This document shows positions 47,701 to 55,076 of a DNA stretch of 64,000 bases, piece by piece. Source of the stretch: a virus. The notes under the pieces are model-generated. The model was not told the DNA's origin. It saw only the letters and a program-made list of their open reading frames with translations, and searched no databases. Both the position numbers and the translations under genes were made by a program. The stretch is from IMG/VR virus record IMGVR_UViG_3300009158_000046, positions 8,978-72,977 of that record; one strand, written 5' to 3'. The first letter of the stretch is position 1. Each line of letters opens with the position of its first letter.

Positions 47701-50546
47701 CGACAATCACGAAGGGACAGTGGGTCGAATTTGAGAGTATCTATCAGGCATCTGCCGCCCAAGCGACTTACCTTCAATTCCGGACAAGGCATAACCTTTC
47801 GGCTGGAAGCTTCCAATTTAAGTGGGAAGTGACCCGCGCCGTGTCTGCGGGCTTGGTGGTAGATGGATCTATTATCACCAGCAAGCTGTCAGCCAACGCC
47901 GTCACGGCCGACAAAATCGCCGCTAACACGATCACGGGCGACCGCATTGCGGCCAACACGATCAACGCCGACAGGATTATTGCCAACACGATCACCGCGA
48001 CACAGATCGCCGCCGCCACCATCACGGGCGACCGTCTTGTCGCGAACACGATCACCGCTGGCCAGATCGCCGCGAACACCATCACCGCGACCCAGATCGC
48101 CGCAAACACCATCACCGCCAGTCAGATTGCCGCGAACACCATCACCGCGACCCAGATCGCCGCCGACACCATCACCGCTGGTCAGATTGCAGCAGGCGCA
48201 ATCACGGCCTCAGAACTTGCAGCAGGCTCAGTCCTGGCATCAAAGATTGGCGTCGGTATCAGCCAGAATATGGCTCTCAACTCTGACACGGCTGCTGGAC
48301 TTATCCATTACGAGCTGGGCTGGCGTTCATGGGCTGGAAGTCCGACCCCACAGTACACTGTAAGCTCGGATCCGTGGCAGCCTTTGGGAATGAAGGCTAT
48401 TGCTCTGTATGTGCCAGGAACCCCCAACGGAATTCAAGACATCTACCATAAGCCAAAAACAGTAGGTAATAGCTATCAGCTTTTTCCAGTTGTTGCTGGA
48501 CAGCGTTACGAGTTTTCTTATTACGTTTCAGTTCACCGTTGCGATGCTTATGCGGGACTGCTCTTCTTCGGAGACGATGGATCAACTCAGCTTCTTTACG
48601 TTGGTGGCAATGCCGTTCCTTCCAACGGCGTATCAGGACGGCTTGCAAGCTGGACTAGGGCCAGCGTGTTTGCCACTGCCCCATCCAATGCCGCCTATGT
48701 GATGCCGATTATTCGTGCTTCATTTTCTGGTACACAATCCGACCCATACATCTTTTTCACTGCTGTTCATTTTGGCGATGCAACTCCAAACCAGACCGAG
48801 CTGACGCCTTGGTCACCGGCTGGTGGCACCATCATCGATGGCACCAGGATTGTCACCGGCACACTCAATGCCGACAAGATCATCGCCGGAACGATCACGG
48901 GTGACCGTTTCAATACCGGCACGTCGCTGCCCGGCACGATCACGGTTGGCTCTACGGGCGTGTCAATTGACACCGTGCAGTCCAGGTCGAGCGACCCGGC
49001 GGCGCGCATCAACGCCGTTGGCACCACCATCGACCCAGGCAGGATCCTCATCTCGGGCGGAACGACGCTGGCAAGCTGGCGCAATGGCTCCGACGCTACC
49101 AAGATTGAAGGTGGTGCGATCTACGCCAACACCATCACGGCCAACAAGCTGCGGATTGGCAGCCGCGCAATCAGCACTGTTGCTGTGGAATTTGAAACTG
49201 AAAAGTCTACCAACGGTAGTGGCCGTGTAAAGTGGACCTCTGGCTATGTGTTGTATGAAGCTGATGATGGAACTCAAACCGCAACGTTGATTAGCGCTGG
49301 TTATGCTGACTATGCCAACTTCAACTCATGGACATACATATACTGGACAAAGGGAGGCTCTTCTTTAGCTGCTACAACTGATTGGGCAACAGCTCAATCT
49401 GCAAATAACGTGATATTGGCAAGCTACACCGCCTATGCCGGACTGGCGGTGAACTACGGCGGAGTGATCATCGACGGAACCCGCATCACTGCCGGGACCA
49501 TCACCGCCGACCGCATCGCTGCCAACAGCATCACGGCAGGACAGATCGCTGCTGAGACGATTACCGGCACGCAGCTCGCGCCGCTGACCATCAAAGCGTC
49601 CAACCTTCTGGTGACCGGCGAAAACAAGGTGCTCGACCCCTTCTTCGATAGCGACGAGTGGGTGATCGACAGCGGCCTCTATTTTGAAAACAACTCCCAG
49701 TGGGGCAGCATCGGCACTCGCCGATACGCGGTGTGGTGGTCCGGTGCTGGCGGTGGCCCAGGAGGTGCTCGCAAGCACCTTTATTCCCGCAACTACATTC
49801 GCGTTTCGCCGGATCAAAAGTATCGCATCCGCGCTAAAATGTACAACGGCGGAAGCTGTGGCTTCTACCTTGGAATTAATTTCTACAATTCGGCTGGCGG
49901 CTATCTAGGTGGAAATTTCAATAGTGTATCACCTGGTTTCAGCGGCTATTTCTCATTTGGAAACATTGTCCCTCCAGCCAATACTGCCTACGGTCTGATC
50001 TACATCTTCAATGATACCAATATGTCCGGCATCATGCTGGCGTCTGACATTTCCTTCGGTCAGATGGTCGGCACGGCATTCATCGAAGATGCGGCAATCA
50101 GCAATGCCAAAATCGGCAATCTGGAAGTCGACAATATCAAACTTGCCAACGGTTCGGTGACCACGGTCGTGGCTGCTGGAACTGCTTCATCTTTAGACGC
50201 AGTTGCTACGGTCACGATTACCGTTCGTGCAAATGCAAAAATACTTCTAATTGCAACTGCTGGAGGCATTTTTGCTGGCTCAACTAATGGTGCAGGATCT
50301 GTTACAACAAAATTCTTAGACATATTAGACAGCTCTCTTACAACTCTGTATTCAAGGGTTTCCCAGTATGCACTTCTCAATTCTGTAGGAAACACTGGTG
50401 GAGATACTGGTGTTGATATTTATTATTACTATCACGCTCCAGTATCTACACAGTACATATATGTAGCATCCACGTCTGGAACCCTCACGTTCAAAGCACG
50501 AGGCCAGGGTGTGACAGTCCTTACCGCTGTCGAACTGGCAAAGTAG
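41715..50546 (+). CDS. Tail tip / central fibre, lambda gpJ-like, with FN3 and multiple carbohydrate-binding-like modules
   Basis: VSEGPIVGL, GRMVRVPSNYNP and AWTDNPAW; FN3-like repeats; modules separated by ITADKIAAN-type decapeptide repeats. Confidence 0.9.
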   Translation: MGLFGSSTKQQHTQPDTLFSDDIMEVVLAVSEGPIVGLDTPRDFFINDTPLVNSSYTPNIGNFDLRIHKGNNPGEVFKTNLGGAGSTVNLNVNLETNLPVVGSGTKRNIDFLEVRIVIQRLYATNSRGEWPWWADFKVEVKPHSSGTWAAGIDFSTPPPAVTTTTNYVQYTGQNQNPGEDYNAYYRLTKIDSAAPSAPTDFSLIWFNSASNYTPKIWNGTAWVAPPGLVYTYVALPDYSYYTWNDGNYVPNGSGGYNFAATGSTVKAIIGWNGAPPVFGNPQDLWVTPSNVLDQTSPTVYSWNGSTWVDYMDWAEIPSASPGTFSVYGKTTSNYVKEYRIPVPRINDTFDVRVTKLSAPNTGSEFSDIMFESFQEVTTDPLQFNDIAIAHLTVRASEQFSSIPTFTGIYKGRMVRVPSNYNPVTKVYTGLWDGVTFNIAWTDNPAWIVYDLVTNTRYGMAAYYTVNLDRMSIYEFGKHCDLHGFTYNELIQEPRNLVEAIDYVCGIAGGRFIDLGNGYATILFDADDQAAVALFTPENVVDGVFTYGFTDITSRKNDITVSFINPDLNWREDRRRIYDQTVINTYGRNPEEFIAVGCISETEAIKRGRLRLIMAQTERAVVTFKTNRLGLYLRPFDVILIADDASGFGIHGRVKTVNSTTSLTLRDSVYFEAGFTYKISFQVPDGNGNNQLVKHNLVTSSGSTTSLTLATPLTVTLPTSAAFSIECSTTTTGTPKAFRVTSIEESDGDADVVTVSAMEVNRTKWAYVDGTITVISVGDGGRPTRFVDPPANPIAVGRSVSATRQEIHISWDTSPNRFVRSYNLYWSFNTGQTELFGTSRTPAYVIEDAKEGFYSFALTAVSIDGVESPPVYFEHRVLGISGTSRAVAPPSFIQLTNGSSATEFRGREPSISWGNSGDPFFLNFNVRVLHPSTSVTLREFNTRGNTYTYPYLDNQTDFGGTASRSMIFEVRALDSTGMYSMPVRLTASNPSPGLVSPSIVSNTNGITISFSAPADADVLGSVIWCSTTNGFNPLTTTPDYEGPNTSVFLDKAAGTYYIRVGCYDAFGRTGMNITSQVTIGVSDEVDLTPPATPTGLTLTPSTVVKADGTLDSVITLTWTANNEPDLAGYLIQIKEGASGNFIEFDTSLTRYEFHNLTPAVSYTAKIAAFDKVNNKSSFTTTVSATAGLNTTPPGSATAFSATSSLQTNFLTWTNPTNSDLAYVEVWMATTNNRASAAIVAKVNGTSFTHSGLTTNQSYFYWLRPVNTSGTVAAAYTPTSATGGLSATPGTLSGVEFNTSLRPVESVSALPTTGNFDGRIAYLTTDKKIYRYNGTTWVSTVPTTDLTGFVANTQINDRTISGTKLVTGAITSAEMLAGAVTASKIAASTIHSLLPNPTFEDGVMYPWTTAFGTNYVEAATDNASGLYRMVLQRTYDIGGGQLAAYVYANAFSVTAGDVLQAEFRIKGTSNSSGGAYLRLTWLDSAKSNVGYSDAVSSGAFTTTWTVYGGQVTVPANARYASVEIYHYVQSSSTYMLVDQVVVRPTFGANAIGNSAISTAKIQDSAITAAQIASAAISTAKIQDSAITPAQIAAGAITSVKLVDSAVTNAKLADSTVSTAKIIDAAITNAKIADNTINTKKLIIADFENLVENPHFGDGDVGWVRGTGVTIVNDSANAFTGNWLLKIGIGATGIAVRNELIFPVVSGQEFYVEARAKCVGADVGINLRIRFLAADKSSFVAASGVAFYTTDTSYILRSATITTPAGAIYAWVDFNPIGTITTGRWDVGYVRCQRRNASELIVDGAITASKIQAASITGDRLVANTITAGQIATNAVTADKIAANSVSADKIAANTITAGQLAANAVTADKIAANSITATKLVLVDNTILGPDPGFYDLAWWSLSGISGYNAYSGSTSPQPQRFLGVTRLGDSDYISNTFQIEQGAYYRLKLRIWISTDAAGWIGLAVHIPWTAWAIPYPYSFLASVDSSGYPLINLSTTTITKGQWVEFESIYQASAAQATYLQFRTRHNLSAGSFQFKWEVTRAVSAGLVVDGSIITSKLSANAVTADKIAANTITGDRIAANTINADRIIANTITATQIAAATITGDRLVANTITAGQIAANTITATQIAANTITASQIAANTITATQIAADTITAGQIAAGAITASELAAGSVLASKIGVGISQNMALNSDTAAGLIHYELGWRSWAGSPTPQYTVSSDPWQPLGMKAIALYVPGTPNGIQDIYHKPKTVGNSYQLFPVVAGQRYEFSYYVSVHRCDAYAGLLFFGDDGSTQLLYVGGNAVPSNGVSGRLASWTRASVFATAPSNAAYVMPIIRASFSGTQSDPYIFFTAVHFGDATPNQTELTPWSPAGGTIIDGTRIVTGTLNADKIIAGTITGDRFNTGTSLPGTITVGSTGVSIDTVQSRSSDPAARINAVGTTIDPGRILISGGTTLASWRNGSDATKIEGGAIYANTITANKLRIGSRAISTVAVEFETEKSTNGSGRVKWTSGYVLYEADDGTQTATLISAGYADYANFNSWTYIYWTKGGSSLAATTDWATAQSANNVILASYTAYAGLAVNYGGVIIDGTRITAGTITADRIAANSITAGQIAAETITGTQLAPLTIKASNLLVTGENKVLDPFFDSDEWVIDSGLYFENNSQWGSIGTRRYAVWWSGAGGGPGGARKHLYSRNYIRVSPDQKYRIRAKMYNGGSCGFYLGINFYNSAGGYLGGNFNSVSPGFSGYFSFGNIVPPANTAYGLIYIFNDTNMSGIMLASDISFGQMVGTAFIEDAAISNAKIGNLEVDNIKLANGSVTTVVAAGTASSLDAVATVTITVRANAKILLIATAGGIFAGSTNGAGSVTTKFLDILDSSLTTLYSRVSQYALLNSVGNTGGDTGVDIYYYYHAPVSTQYIYVASTSGTLTFKARGQGVTVLTAVELAK
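47870..48250 (+). repeat. 30 bp tandem repeats encoding ITAxxIAANT
   Basis: About 12 units such as AACACCATCACCGCGACCCAGATCGCCGCA; related blocks at about 46360-46630, 47110-47345 and 49470-49610. Confidence 0.85.
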
Positions 50547-50555
50547 GAGACACCA

Positions 50556-51059
50556 ATGTCTGACGTCTTGATCCCGCCATCCGATGCCCAACTGCCACCT
50601 GCGGTGATCTTACCCTCGATCTCAGAACCAATGTCGTCAATCAACGATCCAAGTGCATTACTTCCGTTCGTACAGTACGACCTTGCAGACGGGCGTATTC
50701 TGGTACGCGGCCAGATGCAGAAGACGGTTGTCGAAAGTCTACTCGATCAGAACTACGCTGTTGGGGTTGGAGATCCAGAACTGAACTACGTAAATCTGGA
50801 TGACAAGACAATCATGGAACGTGAATTTGTTCAATTCAACGTTGACAACCCCAGCGTGCCAGCCGGTGAGGTTGTGACAATCACCGACCTCCCGTCCGGA
50901 ACTGCCGTTTTCTTGAACGGCAACAACGTCGGCGCTTCCGAAGGGGAATGTGAATTCACACCCAACGAACCCGGCACCTACCGCTTCGAGTTTGTGCCGC
51001 CCCATCCCCGCTGGCGCAAAACCCTTCTGACCATCACAGCAACGGACACTTCGCCATGA
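50556..51059 (+). CDS. Tail-associated hypothetical protein
   Basis: 167 aa, AGGAG RBS, FTPNEPGTYRF. Confidence 0.7.
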   Translation: MSDVLIPPSDAQLPPAVILPSISEPMSSINDPSALLPFVQYDLADGRILVRGQMQKTVVESLLDQNYAVGVGDPELNYVNLDDKTIMEREFVQFNVDNPSVPAGEVVTITDLPSGTAVFLNGNNVGASEGECEFTPNEPGTYRFEFVPPHPRWRKTLLTITATDTSP

Positions 51060-51457
51060 TCATCAGCGCAGGACGATCGTTAGATCGATACAAGACAGAA
51101 CTGAAGAAGAAGGTCGACGCTGGCGCTGAAACGACACGGCTTCGTTTCATCACTCCAGGATCTGGTCAGGCCATGGTCTACCAGGAAAAGCTTCGGCAAG
51201 CTTACGCCTATCTGGTGGATGAAACTTCAGAAGCGTTTAGTCACATTCATCTTGAAGCTGCGGCAGCCGGAGTGACTCCGCAGGTGATGGCACAAATCAT
51301 CATCCAAAAGGCCGAGATGTGGCGTGAGGTTTCTGCCGTTATCGAAGCCACTCGATTCAGTGCCAAAGCTGCTGTCGACTCTGCCACCAATTTTGCAGGG
51401 GCAGATGCGGCTGCCTCTGTGAATTGGGATCAAGTTCTTTCTGCTTTTGGATCCTGA
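51056..51457 (+). CDS. Tail fibre assembly-like protein
   Basis: RFITPGSGQAMVYQEK and IEATRFSAKAAVDSA pattern. Confidence 0.65.
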   Translation: MIISAGRSLDRYKTELKKKVDAGAETTRLRFITPGSGQAMVYQEKLRQAYAYLVDETSEAFSHIHLEAAAAGVTPQVMAQIIIQKAEMWREVSAVIEATRFSAKAAVDSATNFAGADAAASVNWDQVLSAFGS

Positions 51458-51520
51458 TTCAAAGTTCTCAAGTAATTAGTCATCTCGTTTGCTAGCACGG
51501 CGCACCCCCATATTGGGGGC

Positions 51521-51706
51521 ATGGACGATATTACGCTCACGCTCTCCGTGGCCGAGGCCAACATGGTTCTCGCAGCCCTTGAAAAACACCAGATCCAGCT
51601 CGCTGAGCTGCACACGAAAGTGAAGGTCAATGCCGAACGACAGCTTGCCCCTTCCCTCGCCGTCCAGTCAGCCGAACCCGAAGGCAAAGTACGCTTGGAC
51701 CTTTGA
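51521..51706 (+). CDS. hypothetical protein (possibly leaderless)
   Basis: 61 aa; promoter-like sequence ends about 6 nt before the ATG. Confidence 0.55.
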   Translation: MDDITLTLSVAEANMVLAALEKHQIQLAELHTKVKVNAERQLAPSLAVQSAEPEGKVRLDL

Positions 51707-51908
51707 GCAGCACCCCGAGGGGGAGCCCGGAAAGGTCTTCAAGTTTCGTCTGACGGCCACGATGCCCGGCCGGGATCCGATCTCGATCACCGGATCTTTC
51801 GCACCCCCGGAAGGTGTCACCGAAGATCAGCTTCAGGCGTCGGCAGAAAGCACCCTGCCGATGGACCACTTCTACAGCTTCCTCAATAGCGCGTTTCTGC
51901 CGGAATGA
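51630..51908 (+). CDS. hypothetical protein
   Basis: 92 aa, ATGA-coupled to the next ORF. Confidence 0.5.
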   Translation: MPNDSLPLPSPSSQPNPKAKYAWTFEQHPEGEPGKVFKFRLTATMPGRDPISITGSFAPPEGVTEDQLQASAESTLPMDHFYSFLNSAFLPE

Positions 51909-52093
51909 GCCGCTCGGTCGCCATCATGGGTTACGGGACCCAGGACGATCGACGCAGGGTCGAGGCCTTGGCTCGTCTCCAGAACATCTCGGTCAGCCAG
52001 TGGCTGATCGCCACCATCAGGCGGGAATACACGGCAGTCTATGGGGACGCCAAGCCCGCCCCTGCCCTCAAGGAGTCCTCCAATGTTCGATAG
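51905..52093 (+). CDS. small ribbon-helix-helix-like protein
   Basis: DRRRVEALARLQNISVSQWL pattern. Confidence 0.55.
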   Translation: MSRSVAIMGYGTQDDRRRVEALARLQNISVSQWLIATIRREYTAVYGDAKPAPALKESSNVR

Positions 52094-52574
52094 CATGCCG
52101 CCATGGATGCGCTGGGCTATGGCCGAGATCGGCGTCAAGGAAACCCCCGGCCGCGACAAGAGCACCCCGCGCATTCTGGCCTATCGAAAGATGGCCAAGA
52201 TTCCTCTTACCGGGGATGACGGCGACGTGCCGTGGTGCGCCATTTTCGCGAACGCCAGCCTTGAGATGAATGGCAAGCGTGGAACGCGCAACGGCCTCGC
52301 CCGATCCTTCATGGATCGGCCGATGCAGCGCATGAAGGGTCCCGCCCTCGGCTGCTTCGTCGTCCTCTCCCGTGGCCGCAACAAGAGCCTTGGCCACGTC
52401 GGCATCTATCGGGGTGAGACCGACACGCTCGTCTATCTGGTCGATGGCAACGCCAATGACAGCGTCGGCGTCCACGCCTACCCGAAGGACAAGGTGCTCG
52501 GCTACTTCTGGCCCGGCGGAGGTCCTATCCCGCCTGCCGCCCCCGTCAAGATCAAGGCTGGGGCTCGGCTCTGA
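52083..52574 (+). CDS. Endolysin, TIGR02594-like Cys/His peptidase
   Basis: PPWMRWAMAEIGVKE, VPWCAIFAN, GHVG and GNANDSV; AAGGAG RBS. Confidence 0.85.
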   Translation: MFDSMPPWMRWAMAEIGVKETPGRDKSTPRILAYRKMAKIPLTGDDGDVPWCAIFANASLEMNGKRGTRNGLARSFMDRPMQRMKGPALGCFVVLSRGRNKSLGHVGIYRGETDTLVYLVDGNANDSVGVHAYPKDKVLGYFWPGGGPIPPAAPVKIKAGARL

Positions 52575-52711
52575 TGAAATGGGTGCTGATCGCGGTGTCA
52601 ATCTTCCTGGCTGGGTGTGTTCCCAGCCCGCCCACTCGTGAGCAGTACAGGATCCTGTTTTCCGACATTGCCAAAGACCTTTCCACCCCTCCGAAGGAGT
52701 CACCAAAATGA
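52574..52711 (+). CDS. 45 aa lipoprotein
   Basis: Manual translation MKWVLIAVSIFLAGC-VPSPPTREQYRILFSDIAKDLSTPPKESPK; LAGC lipobox; TGATG and ATGA coupling on both sides. Confidence 0.75.
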   Translation: MKWVLIAVSIFLAGCVPSPPTREQYRILFSDIAKDLSTPPKESPK

Positions 52712-52911
52712 AGAGCCTTTTCACCAGTCCCGGCATCATCACCGGCTTTCTGTCGATGATCGGCGCGTTCTCCGTCGCCATGGGCAAGCCTGCCCTCGGC
52801 TCATTCTTCCAGGATCCGAACACCGCACAGGCAGTCACGGGTCTTGTGAGCGGCTGTATGGCGCTCACCGCCGGTTTCCTGGATGGTTGGAAGAAGTTGC
52901 CCACTCAGTGA
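52708..52911 (+). CDS. Putative holin
   Basis: 67 aa with two hydrophobic segments, in the lysis cassette. Confidence 0.55.
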   Translation: MKSLFTSPGIITGFLSMIGAFSVAMGKPALGSFFQDPNTAQAVTGLVSGCMALTAGFLDGWKKLPTQ

Positions 52912-53150
52912 GCGCGGCCACTTTGGCGGGAATCATTCTCGCCATCCTGAAGTTCGCCGGGAGTTTGATGGCCTTCGCCCAGGAGAAGAAGCTCCTGAGC
53001 GAGGGTCGGAAGCTGGAGATTGCTGATGAACTATCTCGTCAGATTTCCGCGCTCCGCCGAGCGGATGGCATCCGCAACCGTGCTGTTGATGATGCTCGTC
53101 GCGTGCCAGCAGACCAGCCACTTCCAGACGACGGCTACCGCCGCGATTAG
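52908..53150 (+). CDS. i-spanin (Rz-like)
   Basis: N-terminal TM segment then helical domain; GTGA-coupled. Confidence 0.65.
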   Translation: MSAATLAGIILAILKFAGSLMAFAQEKKLLSEGRKLEIADELSRQISALRRADGIRNRAVDDARRVPADQPLPDDGYRRD

Positions 53151-53268
53151 CCCGCTGCTGTTTTGCGATGGCTACAGGCCCGTCCGCTGGTCTGTGAAGG
53201 ACACGAGGGAAACCCAGAACCAGATCGTTCCCAACAACCGCATCTTCAAAGAGGAATGTCAGAAGTGA
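53020..53268 (+). CDS. o-spanin (Rz1-like lipoprotein)
   Basis: Overlaps the i-spanin in another frame; LVAC lipobox; further Cys residues; start uncertain. Confidence 0.7.
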   Translation: MLMNYLVRFPRSAERMASATVLLMMLVACQQTSHFQTTATAAISPLLFCDGYRPVRWSVKDTRETQNQIVPNNRIFKEECQK

Positions 53269-53615
53269 GCGACGATGACGCGGATGATGCGGGAAAGAAC
53301 GACTGGCACCTTGAGAAAAAGGTGACCATCTCCCTGATCGTGTCCATCCTGCTGCAGACCTGCGCGATCGTGTGGTGGGGCAGCAAGCTCGACAGCCGGG
53401 TTGGCTTTCTTGAAGAGAAAGTCACCATGGAGCACAGCAGGATCGACAATCAAGAGAAAGAGTTCAAAGACGCAGCATCGCGACTGGCCCGCGTTGAAGA
53501 GCGGACTGCCGCGATGCTCGACATCCTTCGGCGGATTGAAGTGCGGATAGACGCCATTCCGAGCCGGAGAACCCAGGTCGACATCCCCATCCCCCTCCCC
53601 ACGACACTGCGCTAG
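53265..53615 (+). CDS. single-TM coiled-coil membrane protein (lysis-associated)
   Basis: WHLEKKVTISLIVSILLQTCAIVWWGS followed by a coiled coil. Confidence 0.7.
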   Translation: MSDDDADDAGKNDWHLEKKVTISLIVSILLQTCAIVWWGSKLDSRVGFLEEKVTMEHSRIDNQEKEFKDAASRLARVEERTAAMLDILRRIEVRIDAIPSRRTQVDIPIPLPTTLR

Positions 53616-53624
53616 GAGAAGAAG

Positions 53625-53741
53625 ATGCTGCTTTTCGCATTCCTGCTGATGGCGTCACTGCTTCCCGCAATCCTGACCTCGGCGTCCACGATCTGGCCCG
53701 ATATGTTCTTGTTTCACCTTTTTGATCCTCCGAGTCTTTAA
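53625..53741 (+). CDS. 38 aa hydrophobic peptide
   Basis: AGGAG RBS; MLLFAFLLMASLLPAILTSASTIWPDMFLFHLFDPPSL. Confidence 0.45.
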   Translation: MLLFAFLLMASLLPAILTSASTIWPDMFLFHLFDPPSL

Positions 53742-53762
53742 CGCTCCCGGTCTGCCCGAATG

Positions 53763-53787
53763 AGAAAGAGGCCCCGATTGGGGCCTC
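53763..53787 (-). terminator. Terminator between convergent operons
   Basis: GAGGCCCC-GATT-GGGGCCTC with TTTCT tail on the minus strand. Confidence 0.6.
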
Positions 53788-53791
53788 GATC

Positions 53792-54151
53792 TCATTCTGA
53801 CGGCTTTGGCGGAGGATTGAATTTCAGGACCTTGCCGGGGGGGACCTTGAACCGGTCGTCGGTCCCCAGGTCCTTGTCGAAATGCTCGATGAGGAAGGCC
53901 ACGTTGCAACCGATCAGACAGAGGTGCGGCAGTCCACTCTCCTCGTCGATGTCTTCTCCATCCTTCACAGCATCGATATGCCGCTGAAGACTGTCGAGCA
54001 AGGAAGACCAATTGAAGCCCTTGCGCCAGTTGTGGCGGTCGTACTTCAAAGCCCCGTAGGTCATCCCCATTCCGACATACCGGTTGAGAGATGACGGAAC
54101 CAAAGACAGAAGGGGTTTGTTCGAGTTGTATCGAAGAGCCTTGTTGGTCAT
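53792..54151 (-). CDS. dATP/dGTP diphosphohydrolase-like protein (DUF5664)
   Basis: KPLLSLVP, YGALKY..HNWRKG, SLQRH and DEESGLPHL. Confidence 0.88.
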   Translation of the reverse strand: MTNKALRYNSNKPLLSLVPSSLNRYVGMGMTYGALKYDRHNWRKGFNWSSLLDSLQRHIDAVKDGEDIDEESGLPHLCLIGCNVAFLIEHFDKDLGTDDRFKVPPGKVLKFNPPPKPSE

Positions 54152-54657
54152 GGAACGCTCGTGAATAGAAAGTGGAACCTGTCGAGCCATCGGGATGCCG
54201 CCTCCTGGTGAGTCCAGGGGTAGACCTCGACTCCAAGGAGCTGCTCTTCGGGGTAGGTCGTGTCGAACAGCGCCGACATCTCGTCCTTGCGGATCTGCTT
54301 GTCCCAAGGTGTGACCCTCAAGAAATCCGCGTACTCGATCTTGAGCAGCCGTCCAATCCGGCGCAGGACCTTCTCCTCGTACTCGATGATCTGAGGACAC
54401 ATCGACTTGAGAAGGGCGTTGATGTCGCCGATGAAAACCTCGGGACAGTCATGGATCAGGGCAGCTTTGGCCAGCTCCTCCGGCACGATGTCGGAAAGCA
54501 GGACTGAGTGCTGAGCCACGCTGTAGGGGAACTTGCCATTCCCGCAGTAGCGGTTGATGCGCGACAGAGACAGCGCAAAGACCCAAGGCCTGAATTCATT
54601 GTAGTCGAGCCGGATGGGGTCGACCAACTGGTTGGTTCCCAACCATGACTTGATCAT
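54148..54657 (-). CDS. HD-domain deoxynucleotidase (YfbR/YfdR-like)
   Basis: NRYCG, YSVAQHS and LIHDCPEVFIGDI. Confidence 0.88.
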   Translation of the reverse strand: MIKSWLGTNQLVDPIRLDYNEFRPWVFALSLSRINRYCGNGKFPYSVAQHSVLLSDIVPEELAKAALIHDCPEVFIGDINALLKSMCPQIIEYEEKVLRRIGRLLKIEYADFLRVTPWDKQIRKDEMSALFDTTYPEEQLLGVEVYPWTHQEAASRWLDRFHFLFTSVP

Positions 54658-55076
54658 CGGACTTCCCACAGCCAGCGAAAGTACGGCCCGCGCTTCGTGT
54701 CGGGAACCTTGCGGGGAATGAGGTAGAGAACGACCCACCCGTCAGGGCGCTTCTGCTGGCACATCTCATGGGTGCCAGCGTCGTACTTGACCCTCGCCCG
54801 GCTGATCTCGTTGAAGAACTCGACAGGCCAGTTGGGTTCGATGTTCGACCGAACGGCGACCACCCACTGCTCCATGCCCGGCTTTCCGAGAGAAGAGATG
54901 TCCTTGGGACGTGGACCTGACGGTGCCAGCACCGGACCGGTTGGTTGCGGTCCGTACTCATCCTTCAGGAGCTTGTAGTTAATTCCCAGATCGCGAGACA
55001 CTTTCGAAATGTTGTTGTGTCGTAGGCGTAACTGGCGGCGGATTTCAGACTCGTCCATTCGTATCTCACAATTCAA
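54654..55076 (-). CDS. hypothetical protein with N-terminal HTH-like motif
   Basis: NISKVSRDLGINYKLL. Confidence 0.65.
   Translation of the reverse strand: MNCEIRMDESEIRRQLRLRHNNISKVSRDLGINYKLLKDEYGPQPTGPVLAPSGPRPKDISSLGKPGMEQWVVAVRSNIEPNWPVEFFNEISRARVKYDAGTHEMCQQKRPDGWVVLYLIPRKVPDTKRGPYFRWLWEVR

Noticed and set aside
41715-50546. Diversity-generating retroelement or invertible tail-fibre switch
   Set aside because: No reverse transcriptase, adenine-variant TR/VR pair or invertase seen in the window
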